A stretch of 64,000 nt of DNA from Oscillospiraceae bacterium. GTDB lineage: Bacteria > Bacillota > Clostridia > Oscillospirales > Oscillospiraceae. The notes under the pieces are model-generated. The model was not told the origin of the DNA and searched no databases. It worked only from the letters and a program-made list of their open reading frames with translations. The DNA lies in contig SVKM01000001.1 in NCBI GenBank assembly GCA_015068465.1, forward strand, positions 1,552 through 65,551, read 5' to 3'. Shown in pieces: positions 15,934 through 25,316 of this stretch; position 1 is the first letter of the stretch, and the number at the start of each line of letters is the position of its first letter. Both the position numbers and the translations under genes were made by a program.

Positions 15934-17052
15934 ATGACGATGGATCTACAGCAGGCAAGAGACGAAATACGCGCCGCGGACGAGGAGATGGCGAAGCTCT
16001 TTCTCCGGCGCATGGCGGCGGTGAGCGAGGTCGCGGCGTATAAGAAGGAGCACGGCCTGCCCGTGTTCGACGCCGCGCAGGAGGAGCGCGTGCTGCAAGG
16101 CCGCGCCGCGCTGATCGCCGACGACGAGCTGCGCTCGTATTACGTGCAGTTCCTGCGCCATACGATGGACGTGTCCAAGCAGTACCAGCACCGGCTGATG
16201 GACGGGCTGCGCGTGGCATACAGCGGCGTGGAGGGCGCGTTCGCGCACATCGCCGCGCAGCGCATCTTTCCTGCCGCGCACTCCGTGCCCTACGCCTCGT
16301 TCGAGGACGCCTACAACGCCGTGACGGACGGCGCGTGCGACGTTGCGGTGCTGCCCATCGAAAACAGCTACGCCGGCGAGGTGGGGCAGGTCGTGGATCT
16401 GATGTTCCGCGGCAGCCTCTACGTCAGCGGCGTATACGATCTCTACATTACGCAGAACCTGCTCGGGACGCCCGACGCGACGATCGACGGCGTCCGCACG
16501 GTGCTCAGCCATCCGCAGGCGCTGCTGCAATGCAAGGGCTATCTCGATTCCCACGGCTTTGAGGCGCACGCGGCGGACAACACCGCCGTCGCCGCGCAGG
16601 TGGTGGCGGAAAAGGGGGACAAGAGCCTTGCCGCCATCGCGAGCGCCGACACCGCAAAGCTCTACGGGCTCAAGATCCTCGACCACGACGTGAACGAGAG
16701 CCGCGCGAACACCACGCGCTTCGCGGTCTTCACCCGCGCGCAGGGAAGCCCCGACGAGAAGCGGGAGGGCGGCGCGTTTTTGCTGCTCTTCACGGTCAAC
16801 GACGAGGCGGGCGGCCTGGCGAAGGCGATCAACGTCATCGCGGCGCATCATTTCAACATGCGCGTGCTGCGCTCGCGCCCGATGAAAAATCTGCCGTGGC
16901 ATTATTACTTCTATGTCGAAGCGGAGGGGGACGACACCTCGCAGGACGGGCGGGACATGCTCGAAGCCCTGCGCGAGGTCTGCCCCATCCTCAAGGTCGC
17001 GGGGCACTACAGCGCCGCGGAGAATACGCAGCAGGGAGGCGAAACGATATGA
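15934..17052 (+). CDS. pheA: Chorismate mutase / prephenate dehydratase
   Basis: N-terminal CM domain, AYSGVEGAF, LPIENS..G.V, SHPQAL.QC, N.TRF, ACT domain. Confidence 0.93.
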   Translation: MTMDLQQARDEIRAADEEMAKLFLRRMAAVSEVAAYKKEHGLPVFDAAQEERVLQGRAALIADDELRSYYVQFLRHTMDVSKQYQHRLMDGLRVAYSGVEGAFAHIAAQRIFPAAHSVPYASFEDAYNAVTDGACDVAVLPIENSYAGEVGQVVDLMFRGSLYVSGVYDLYITQNLLGTPDATIDGVRTVLSHPQALLQCKGYLDSHGFEAHAADNTAVAAQVVAEKGDKSLAAIASADTAKLYGLKILDHDVNESRANTTRFAVFTRAQGSPDEKREGGAFLLLFTVNDEAGGLAKAINVIAAHHFNMRVLRSRPMKNLPWHYYFYVEAEGDDTSQDGRDMLEALREVCPILKVAGHYSAAENTQQGGETI

Positions 17053-18053
17053 CGATCCGCATGGAGTTGGGACGAAACAGCTACGACATCGTCATCGAGG
17101 ACGGCTGCCTTGCGCGCGCGGGGGAACGGCTGGATCTTGCGCGCCGCGTGCTGGTCGTGACGGACGACGGCGTGCCGCCGGCGTACGCGCAAAGGCTCGC
17201 CGGACAGTGCAAAACGGGCGTCGTCGCGACGGTTGCGCACGGCGAGGGGAGCAAGAGCCTCGACACGCTGCAAACGCTGCTGCAAACCATGCTGGACGCG
17301 GGCTTTGACCGCGGCGACTGCGTGTGCGCCGTGGGCGGCGGCATGACGGGCGACCTCGCGGGTTTCGCCGCGGCGAGCTATATGCGCGGCGTCGATTTTT
17401 ACAACCTCCCGACCACGGTGCTCAGTCAGGTGGACAGCTCCGTGGGCGGCAAGACCGCCGTGAATTTCGGCGGCGTGAAGAACATCGTGGGCGCGTTTTG
17501 GCAGCCGAAGGCGGTGCTCATCGACCCTAAGACGCTCGCGACGCTCCCGCCGCGCCAGACCGCGTCGGGGCTCGCCGAGGCGGCAAAGATGGCGCTGATC
17601 GCGGACAGGGAGCTTTTTGAACTGTTTGAAACGCAGGACGTTTCAAGCTGCATGGAGCGCGTGATCGAGGGCTCCGTGCGCATCAAAAAGAGCGTTGTGG
17701 AGCGGGACGAGCGCGAGAGCGGGCTGCGCCGCGCGCTCAACTTCGGGCACACCATCGGCCACGGTATCGAGAGCGCGACGGAGCTCACGCACGGCGAGAG
17801 CATCGCGCTCGGCATGCTGCCGATGTGTTCGGACGCCGTGCGGCCGCGGCTTTTGCGCGTGATGGAAAAGCTCGGCCTTCCGACCGAGGTGCGCGCCGAC
17901 CGCGAAAAGGTCTACCGCGCGATGCTGCACGACAAGAAATCGGACGCGGGCGCGCTGACGGTCGTGCGTGTGGACGAGGCCGGCTCGTTCCGCATGGAGC
18001 GCGTGGAGCCGGAGGCGCTGAGGCCCTGCATCGAAATGGTGGTGAAGGCATGA
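17049..18053 (+). CDS. aroB: 3-dehydroquinate synthase
   Basis: GEGSKS, GGGMTGDLAGF, PTTVLSQVDSSVGGKT, LNFGHTIGH. Confidence 0.95.
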   Translation: MTIRMELGRNSYDIVIEDGCLARAGERLDLARRVLVVTDDGVPPAYAQRLAGQCKTGVVATVAHGEGSKSLDTLQTLLQTMLDAGFDRGDCVCAVGGGMTGDLAGFAAASYMRGVDFYNLPTTVLSQVDSSVGGKTAVNFGGVKNIVGAFWQPKAVLIDPKTLATLPPRQTASGLAEAAKMALIADRELFELFETQDVSSCMERVIEGSVRIKKSVVERDERESGLRRALNFGHTIGHGIESATELTHGESIALGMLPMCSDAVRPRLLRVMEKLGLPTEVRADREKVYRAMLHDKKSDAGALTVVRVDEAGSFRMERVEPEALRPCIEMVVKA

Positions 18054-19150
18054 AAAATACGTTTGGAACCAGCGTGGCGGTGACGCTTTTCGGGGAGAGC
18101 CACGGCACGATGCTCGGCGCGGTCGTCGACGGGCTTGCCCCGGGCGTCCCTGTGGACGAGGCGTTTATCGCGCATCAGCTCTCCCTGCGCCGCCCGTGGG
18201 GCGACGTCTCCACCGCGCGCGTGGAGCCGGACCGGTTTCAGATCGTCAGCGGCGCGTTTGAGGGGAAGACCACCGGAACGCCGCTGACCATCCTCATTCC
18301 CAACGAGAACGCGAACAGCGGCGACTACGCCGCGACGCGCGCGCTTGCGCGCCCGGGACACGCGGACTATACCGCGTACGCCAAGTACCACGGCTTTGAG
18401 GACTATCGCGGCGGCGGACACTTTTCCGGCCGTGTGACCGCGGCGCTCGTCGCGGCGGGCGCGGTGGCGCTCACGGCGCTGCGCGGGCGCGGCGTCCGCA
18501 TCGGCACGCACATCGCGCGCTGCGCCGGCGTTTCGGACGCGCCGTTTTCGGAGAACGCGGACGCGGAGATCGCGGCGCTGAACGAAAAGACCTTCGCCGT
18601 GCTCGACGAGGCGCGGGGCGAGGCGATGCGCGCCGCCATTGCCGAGGCTGCGCAGGAGGGCGACAGCGTGGGCGGCGTGCTGGAAACCCTTGTGACGGGC
18701 GTCCCCGCCGGCGTGGGCGAGCCGTGGTTCGACACGCTCGAGGGCATGCTTGCGCACGCGCTCTTTTCGATTCCCGCCGTCAAGGGCGTGGAATTCGGGG
18801 ACGGCTTCGCCATGGCGGAGGCGCGCGGCAGCGCGTGCAACGACGCGTTTTTCATGGACGGCGGGCAGGTCAGAACGAAAAGCAACCACAACGGCGGCGT
18901 CAACGGCGGCATTTCCAACGGCATGCCGCTGCGCGTGCGCTGCGCGGTCAAGCCGACGCCGTCGATTTTCAAGGAGCAGCAGACGGTCGACTTCCTGCGC
19001 GGGGAGGACGCTTCGCTCGCGCTGCGCGGGCGGCACGACCCCGCCATCGTCCACCGCGCGCGCGTGGTCGTGGACAGCGTGTGCGCGCTCGCGCTGTGCG
19101 ACGCGCTGGCGCTGCGCTTTGGAACGGACTGGCTGGGAGGAAACGCATGA
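18050..19150 (+). CDS. aroC: Chorismate synthase
   Basis: FGESHG, RPGHAD, GGGHFSGR.T, SNHNGG..GGI, KPTPSI, GRHDP. Confidence 0.96.
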   Translation: MKNTFGTSVAVTLFGESHGTMLGAVVDGLAPGVPVDEAFIAHQLSLRRPWGDVSTARVEPDRFQIVSGAFEGKTTGTPLTILIPNENANSGDYAATRALARPGHADYTAYAKYHGFEDYRGGGHFSGRVTAALVAAGAVALTALRGRGVRIGTHIARCAGVSDAPFSENADAEIAALNEKTFAVLDEARGEAMRAAIAEAAQEGDSVGGVLETLVTGVPAGVGEPWFDTLEGMLAHALFSIPAVKGVEFGDGFAMAEARGSACNDAFFMDGGQVRTKSNHNGGVNGGISNGMPLRVRCAVKPTPSIFKEQQTVDFLRGEDASLALRGRHDPAIVHRARVVVDSVCALALCDALALRFGTDWLGGNA

Positions 19151-20403
19151 AATGCGGGCTGCTGGGCGAGAAGCTGGGGCACAGCTTTTCGCGGGAGATA
19201 CACGAGAAGCTCGGACGCTATTCCTACGAGCTTATTGAGGTCGCGCCGGACGCGCTGGACGCGTTTCTGACGCGGCGGGAATTCGACGGATTGAACGTTA
19301 CCATTCCGTACAAGCAGGCGGTGATCCCGTACCTCGACGAGATCAGCGGGCGCGCGGCGCGCATCGGCGCGGTGAACACCATCGTCAACCGCGACGGAAA
19401 GCTGTACGGCGACAACACGGACTTCGGCGGCCTAACGGCGCTCATCGGGCGCATGGGACTGACGCTCGCGGGAAAGACCGTGCTCATCTGCGGTACGGGC
19501 GGCACGAGCAGGACCGCCCTCGCCGCGGCGGAAGCGCTGGGCGCTGGGCGCGTCGTGCGTCTGAGCCGCAGCGGCCGCGAGGGAGCCGCGACCTATGAGG
19601 AAGCCCGCGCGCGCTTTGCGGACGCGGACGTGCTGATCAACACGACGCCGGTCGGGATGTATCCGAACGTGAACGGAACGCCGGTCGATCCCGCGTGGTT
19701 CCCCGGGCTTACCGGCGTGGTGGACGTGGTCTACAACCCGCTCACGACGCGCCTCGTGCGCCTCGCCCGCGCGCGCGGCGTCGCGGCGGAGAACGGGCTT
19801 TACATGCTCGTCGCGCAGGCGGTGCTCGCGGCGGAGGCGTTCACGGGCGAGCGCTTCGGCGCGGAAACGATGGAGAGGATCTACGGCGAGCTTCTCTTCG
19901 GCAAGCGCAGCATCGTGCTCACAGGCATGCCGGGCAGCGGGAAGAGCACGCTCGGCCGCCTGCTTGCGTCGCGGCTGGGGCGCACGCTGACCGACACGGA
20001 CGAGAGGATCGTTGCGCGCGCGGGAATGCCGATTTCGGAGATCTTTCAAAGCCGGGGCGAAGCGTATTTCCGCGACCTCGAAGCGCAGGCCGTCGCGGAC
20101 GCGTGCCAAACGCCCGGCGCGGTGATCGCCACGGGCGGCGGCGCGGTGCTGCGCGCGGAGAACGTGGACGCGATGAAGCAAAACGGCGTCGTTGTTTTCC
20201 TCGACCGCCCGCTCGAAGGGCTTTTGCCGACGGACGACCGTCCGCTCGCGGACGATAAGGAGAAGCTGCGGCGGCTCTACGCCGAGCGCCTGCCGGTCTA
20301 CCGCGCGGCGGCGGATGTGACGGTGAGCGTACGCGGAACGCCGGAGGAAACGGCGGACGATATTCTGAACAGGCTGCGCGCCATGGGGAGAGAACAAGCA
20401 TGA
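19147..20403 (+). CDS. aroE: Shikimate dehydrogenase-shikimate kinase fusion
   Basis: LGHSFS, NVTIPYK, GAVNT, NTD, GTGG followed by GMPGSGKST and ATGGG kinase motifs. Confidence 0.93.
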   Translation: MKCGLLGEKLGHSFSREIHEKLGRYSYELIEVAPDALDAFLTRREFDGLNVTIPYKQAVIPYLDEISGRAARIGAVNTIVNRDGKLYGDNTDFGGLTALIGRMGLTLAGKTVLICGTGGTSRTALAAAEALGAGRVVRLSRSGREGAATYEEARARFADADVLINTTPVGMYPNVNGTPVDPAWFPGLTGVVDVVYNPLTTRLVRLARARGVAAENGLYMLVAQAVLAAEAFTGERFGAETMERIYGELLFGKRSIVLTGMPGSGKSTLGRLLASRLGRTLTDTDERIVARAGMPISEIFQSRGEAYFRDLEAQAVADACQTPGAVIATGGGAVLRAENVDAMKQNGVVVFLDRPLEGLLPTDDRPLADDKEKLRRLYAERLPVYRAAADVTVSVRGTPEETADDILNRLRAMGREQA

Positions 20404-20834
20404 AAATACTGGTCATCAACGGGCCGAACCTCAATATGCTCGGCATCCGCGAGCCGGATATCTACGGCGCGGAGACCTACCGCGCCCTGTGCGCGCGCAT
20501 CGAGGCGTTCGCGCGCGAGCGCGGCGTGGAGGTCGAGCTGTACCAGTCCAACCACGAGGGCGATCTGGTGGACAAGCTCCAGGCCGCCTACGGCGACGCG
20601 GACGGCATCGTCATCAATCCCGGCGCGTACACGCACACGAGCGTTGCGCTGCTCGACGCGCTCAAGGCGGTGTCCATCCCCGCGGTGGAGGTGCACATCT
20701 CCGACGTGTCCGCGCGCGAGGACTTCCGCCGGGTGAGCTACATCCGCGCCGCCTGCATCGCCACGATCTCGGGACACGGGACGAAGGGCTATCTGGAGGC
20801 GATGGAGCTTTTGCTGAAAGAGGCGGGGAAATGA
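20400..20834 (+). CDS. aroQ: Type II 3-dehydroquinate dehydratase
   Basis: NGPNLNMLG.REP.IYG, QSNHEG, NPGAYTHTS, EVHIS. Confidence 0.96.
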   Translation: MKILVINGPNLNMLGIREPDIYGAETYRALCARIEAFARERGVEVELYQSNHEGDLVDKLQAAYGDADGIVINPGAYTHTSVALLDALKAVSIPAVEVHISDVSAREDFRRVSYIRAACIATISGHGTKGYLEAMELLLKEAGK

Positions 20835-22033
20835 CGGTCACGATACGCCCCTCCGCCCCCTCCGGCAGCGTCGCCGCGCCGCCGAGCAAGAGCGCCGCGC
20901 ACCGGCTGCTTCTGTGCGCGGGCCTCGCGGCGGGCGAGAGCGTCGTCCGCGGCGTCGCGCCGAGCGAGGACGTGCTCGCGACGATGGACTGCCTGCGCGC
21001 GCTCGGCGCGGCGTGCCGCTTTGACGGCGATACGGCGCGCGTGGACGGGACGGGGCTTCTGAGCGGAGCGGAAACGCTTTTGTGCCGCGAGAGCGGCAGC
21101 ACGCTGCGCTTCTTCGTGCCGCTGTGCCTGCTCGACGGGCGGGAGCGGACGCTTGCGGGCAGCGAGCGGCTTTTGGAGCGCCCGCTGGGCGTTTACGAGG
21201 ACATCTGCCGCGAACGCGGCATGCTGTTTGAAAAGAGCGCGGCGTCCCTGCGCCTCGCCGGACGGCTCACGCCGGGGACCTACGAGCTGCCCGGCGACGT
21301 GAGCAGCCAGTTCGTAAGCGGGCTGCTCTTCGCCCTGCCGCGGCTTGGCGGCGACAGCCTGATCCGCCTGTGCCCGCCGGTGGAGAGCCGCGCGTATATC
21401 GACATGACGACGGACGCGCTGCGTACGTTCGGCGTGGAAACGCGCCGGCGGGACGAAACGACGATCGAGGTGCCCGGAAACCAGACGTTCGCGCCGCGGG
21501 AGGCGGCGGTCGAGGGCGACTGGTCGAACGCCGCGTTTTTCCTTGCGCTCGGCGCGGAGGTCACGGGGCTGCGGGAGGATTCCGTGCAGGGCGACCGCGT
21601 GTGCGTTTCGCACCTTGCGCGCCTGCGCGAGGGGGCGGCGGAGATCGACCTCTCCGATTGTCCCGACCTGGGGCCGGTGCTGTTCGCCTATGCGGCGGCG
21701 CATCACGGCGGAACGTTTACGGGCGCGCGGCGGCTCCGGCTCAAGGAGAGCGACCGCGTGGAGACGATGCGCGCGGAGCTTGCGAAGTTCGGCGTGAGCG
21801 TCACGGCGGAGGGTGACCGCGTGCGCGTCGGAAGCGGGCTGCGCGCGCCGGCGGAAGCGCTTTGCGGGCACAACGACCACCGCGTCGTGATGGCGCTTTG
21901 CGTGCTCTGCGCGAAAACAGGCGGCGTCATCGAGGGCGCGGAAGCGGTAAGGAAAAGCTTTCCGGACTTTTTTGAAAAGCTCCGGACGCTGGATATCGAG
22001 GTAGAAGGATATGGAATGGATCAGCAAAAGTAA
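20831..22033 (+). CDS. aroA: 3-phosphoshikimate 1-carboxyvinyltransferase
   Basis: PPSKS, ESGSTLRF, SSQFVSGLL, KESDR, NDHR, KSFPDF. Confidence 0.95.
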   Translation: MTVTIRPSAPSGSVAAPPSKSAAHRLLLCAGLAAGESVVRGVAPSEDVLATMDCLRALGAACRFDGDTARVDGTGLLSGAETLLCRESGSTLRFFVPLCLLDGRERTLAGSERLLERPLGVYEDICRERGMLFEKSAASLRLAGRLTPGTYELPGDVSSQFVSGLLFALPRLGGDSLIRLCPPVESRAYIDMTTDALRTFGVETRRRDETTIEVPGNQTFAPREAAVEGDWSNAAFFLALGAEVTGLREDSVQGDRVCVSHLARLREGAAEIDLSDCPDLGPVLFAYAAAHHGGTFTGARRLRLKESDRVETMRAELAKFGVSVTAEGDRVRVGSGLRAPAEALCGHNDHRVVMALCVLCAKTGGVIEGAEAVRKSFPDFFEKLRTLDIEVEGYGMDQQK

Positions 22034-22865
22034 GATATTGATCGTGGGCCTCGGCCTCATCGGCGGCAGCTACGCCCGCGCGCTCAAGCGCCTGGGCTAC
22101 AGCGTCACGGCGCTTTCCCGCCGGCAGGAGACCATCGACTACGCGCTGCGCGAGGGCATCATCGACGCGGGAAGCGCCGCGGTGGACGAAGCGCTCGTCG
22201 GCGAGGCGGACGCGGTGATCTTCGCGCTCTATCCGGGCGTTTTCAAGGACTGGATCCGCGAAAACCAGTCGCTGCTCAAGCCCGGCGCGATGCTCACGGA
22301 CGTCACGGGCGTGAAGAGCTGCATCGTCTACGACATTCAGGAGATGCTGCGCAGCGACGTGGAATTCATCGCGGCGCACCCGATGGCGGGGCGCGAGGTC
22401 TACGGCGTGGAGAACAGCGACGAGCGCATCTTCCGCGACGCGAACTTCATCGTCACGCCCACCGCGCGCAACACGGACAAGGCAATCGACTGGTGCCGCA
22501 GCCTCGGCAAGCTCCTGGGCTTTCGCAAGGTGTCCGTCCTCTCGCCGGAGGAGCACGACGAGATGATCAGCTTCGTCAGCCAGCTCACCCACTGCATCGC
22601 CGTGGCGCTGATGACGTGCAGCGACAACCAGCACCTCGTCGACTACACGGGCGATTCGTTCCGCGACCTCACGCGCATCGCGCGCATCAACGACGTGATG
22701 TGGAGCGAGCTGTTCCTGCTCAACAAGGAGCCGCTGCTGCGGCAGATGGACATTTTCCTCAAGGAGTTTTCCGAGCTGCGCGACCTGCTCGCCGCGGAGG
22801 ACCGCGAGGGCCTTTGCGGCAAGATGCGCCTGAGCACCGAGCGCCGCGCCTATTTCGACCGGTAA
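22011..22865 (+). CDS. tyrA: Prephenate dehydrogenase
   Basis: GLGLIGGS, TDVTGVK, HPMAG.E, EHD...S..SQLTH, F.DLTRIA. Confidence 0.92.
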   Translation: MEWISKSKILIVGLGLIGGSYARALKRLGYSVTALSRRQETIDYALREGIIDAGSAAVDEALVGEADAVIFALYPGVFKDWIRENQSLLKPGAMLTDVTGVKSCIVYDIQEMLRSDVEFIAAHPMAGREVYGVENSDERIFRDANFIVTPTARNTDKAIDWCRSLGKLLGFRKVSVLSPEEHDEMISFVSQLTHCIAVALMTCSDNQHLVDYTGDSFRDLTRIARINDVMWSELFLLNKEPLLRQMDIFLKEFSELRDLLAAEDREGLCGKMRLSTERRAYFDR

Positions 22866-22887
22866 CGCCGCAGGAGGTACTTTTGCC

Positions 22888-23916
22888 ATGAACATGGATT
22901 TCAAACGCAAGCTCACGATCCCGATGGAAACGAAGGAGATGTACCCGCTCACGGGCGCAATGTCGGAGAGCATCCACCGCTGCACGACCGAGCTCAAGCG
23001 CATCTTCGGCGGGCAGAGCGACAGGCTCGTGCTCATCGTCGGCCCCTGCTCGGCGGACAACGAGGCGTCCGTCCTCGACTATGTTTCCCGCCTGATCCCC
23101 GTGCAGGAGAAGGTGAAGGACAAGCTCCTCATCGTCCCGCGCATCTACACGGGCAAGCCGCGCACCACGGGCGACGGTTACAAGGGCCTGCTGCACCAGC
23201 CCGACCCGAACGAGAAGCCCGACCTCTTCAAGGGCATCATCGCGACCCGCGAGCTGCACATGCGCGTCGTGAAGGAGACGGGCTTCGCCTGCGCGGACGA
23301 GATGCTTTATCCCGAGAGCTACAAGTATATCGACGATCTGCTCGCCTATGTCGCCATCGGCGCGCGCAGCGTGGAGGACCAGCAGCACCGCCTGACCGCG
23401 AGCGGCATTGAGGTGCCCGTGGGCATGAAGAATCCGACGAGCGGCGACCTCACCGTGATGATGAACAGCATCCTCGCCGCGCAGCACAGCCACGACTTCA
23501 TCTACCGCGGCTGGGAGGCGCACTCCTACGGCAACCCCTACGCCCACGCCATCCTGCGCGGCTATGTGAACCGCCAGGGCGTGACGCATCCGAACTACCA
23601 CTATGAGACCGTCGCGTACCTCAGCAGGCTCTACGCGGAGTCCGGCCTGCAAAACCCCGGCGTGGTCATCGACTGCAACCACGCCAACAGCGGCAAGGAC
23701 CCGTTCGAGCAGCCGCGCATCGTCAAGGAGGTGCTCTCGTTCCGCGACCACAACCCCGACGTGCGCAGGCTTCTGAAGGGCTTTATGGTCGAAAGCTACA
23801 TTGAGGACGGCAGGCAGGACGTCGGCGGCGGGTGCTACGGCAAGAGCATCACGGACGCCTGCCTCGGCTGGGACAAGACCGAGCGGTTGATCTACGACAT
23901 CGCCGACGAGCTGTAA
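22888..23916 (+). CDS. DAHP synthase (class I)
   Basis: GPCS, KPRTT..GYKG, AIGARS, VGMKNPTSG, IDCNHANS, MVESY, SITDACLGW. Confidence 0.95.
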   Translation: MNMDFKRKLTIPMETKEMYPLTGAMSESIHRCTTELKRIFGGQSDRLVLIVGPCSADNEASVLDYVSRLIPVQEKVKDKLLIVPRIYTGKPRTTGDGYKGLLHQPDPNEKPDLFKGIIATRELHMRVVKETGFACADEMLYPESYKYIDDLLAYVAIGARSVEDQQHRLTASGIEVPVGMKNPTSGDLTVMMNSILAAQHSHDFIYRGWEAHSYGNPYAHAILRGYVNRQGVTHPNYHYETVAYLSRLYAESGLQNPGVVIDCNHANSGKDPFEQPRIVKEVLSFRDHNPDVRRLLKGFMVESYIEDGRQDVGGGCYGKSITDACLGWDKTERLIYDIADEL

Positions 23917-23917
23917 T

Positions 23918-23969
23918 AAAAAGCGGGGCAGGGACCCGATTCATCATCGGGCTCCCTGCTCCGCTTTTT
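23918..23969. terminator. Bidirectional terminator between the aro operon and the aminotransferase
   Basis: AAAAGCGGGGCAGGGACCCGAT...ATCGGGCTCCCTGCTCCGCTTTTT. Confidence 0.8.
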
Positions 23970-23982
23970 CATGCGTTTTCGC

Positions 23983-25134
23983 TCAGAACGACAGCTTCTC
24001 CATGCGGTCGAACGCCTCCTTCAAACGTGCCTCGTCCACCGTGCAGGCGATGCGGAAATGCCCCTCGCCGGCCTTTCCGAACACATTGCCCGCGCTGACG
24101 AGGATGTGCGCCCGTTCCAGCAGCTCCGCGCAGAAGCGCTCGGAGCTCAGGCCCGTGCGTTTCACGTCGGGGAACAGATAGAACGTCCCCTTGGGGCGGC
24201 ACAGGCCCAGATACGGGATCTTTTCGATCCGGTCCGCGGAATAGAAGACGCGTTCGCGGTATTTGGCGACGTACTCGCGCCGGATGCGCTCGCGCGCGGC
24301 GAGCGCGGCGATCGCGGCGCGCTGGGAAACGGAGGGCGCGGAGTAGATGAGCGCGCCGTTGACGCGGTTGACGGTGCGCACCAGCTCCGGCTCGGCAATG
24401 ATCGAGCCGACGCGCCAGCCGGTCATCAGAAAGTTCTTGGAAAAGCTGTTGATCGTGACCGTGCGCTCCTTCGCGCCGGGCAGCGTGCGGATCGGGCAGA
24501 AATCGCCCTCGTACAGGTACGCCGTGTAGATCTCGTCCGCCACGATCAGCAGATCGCGCTCCCGCGCGACGCGCACGAGCAGCTCCAGCGCCTCCCGCCC
24601 GTAGGCGGCGCCGGTCGGATTGACGGGGTTGTTGAGCACGAGCAGCCTGGTCCTCGGCGTGATCGCGGCGCGCAGGCGCTCCTCGCTGATCGCGTAGCCC
24701 TCCTCCGCGTAGGTCGGAACCTCCACGCACACGCCGCCGGCAAGCTCGATCTGCTCGCGGTAGATCGCAAAATACGGGGAAAAAACGATCGCCTCGTCGC
24801 CCGGGTCGAGCGTTGCGAACATGACGAGCGCCATGCCGATCAGACCCGACGCGGTGACGATCACCTCGTCGGGCGAGAGCTCCTGGCCGAAATCCTCCCG
24901 CCACGCGCGGCGGATCGCGTCGATCAGCTCCGGGTCGCCCTTGGGGTCGCCGTAGTGCGTATAGCCCGCGCGCGTGTCGCGGAAGGCGGCGTCGATGACG
25001 CGGTCGTCCGTGGTGAAGTCCGTGTCGCCGATGCTCAGGTCGATCACGTCGTCAAATCTGCGCAGCGCCTCCATGTTCAGCGTCAATCTGCCCGACGTCT
25101 CCCGAAACCGCTTTGCGATAAACTCATTGTGCAT
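23983..25134 (-). CDS. PLP-dependent aminotransferase class I/II
   Basis: LSIGDTDF, NNPVNPTG, ADEIY, SFSKNF.MTGWRVG (PLP lysine), P.GTFY.F. Confidence 0.93.
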   Translation of the reverse strand: MHNEFIAKRFRETSGRLTLNMEALRRFDDVIDLSIGDTDFTTDDRVIDAAFRDTRAGYTHYGDPKGDPELIDAIRRAWREDFGQELSPDEVIVTASGLIGMALVMFATLDPGDEAIVFSPYFAIYREQIELAGGVCVEVPTYAEEGYAISEERLRAAITPRTRLLVLNNPVNPTGAAYGREALELLVRVARERDLLIVADEIYTAYLYEGDFCPIRTLPGAKERTVTINSFSKNFLMTGWRVGSIIAEPELVRTVNRVNGALIYSAPSVSQRAAIAALAARERIRREYVAKYRERVFYSADRIEKIPYLGLCRPKGTFYLFPDVKRTGLSSERFCAELLERAHILVSAGNVFGKAGEGHFRIACTVDEARLKEAFDRMEKLSF

Positions 25135-25316
25135 CGTGTCTTCTCCTTGCTCCGATGGTTTCCTATGGAATCATAACCCGTTTTCGCTCTCCGGTCAAGC
25201 GGCGCCGCGGATGCACGGCGGGCGGGGCGGCCGCAGGGGAAGTTGACGAACCGCCGAAAGAAGTATATAGTAGAGACATCATTCGACCTGTTTCGGGTGC
25301 TGAGGAGTGTTACCTT

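Noticed and set aside
15646-15934. T-box leader for the aro operon
   Set aside because: Only about 45 nt separate the predicted +1 from the start codon, and there is no T-box sequence.
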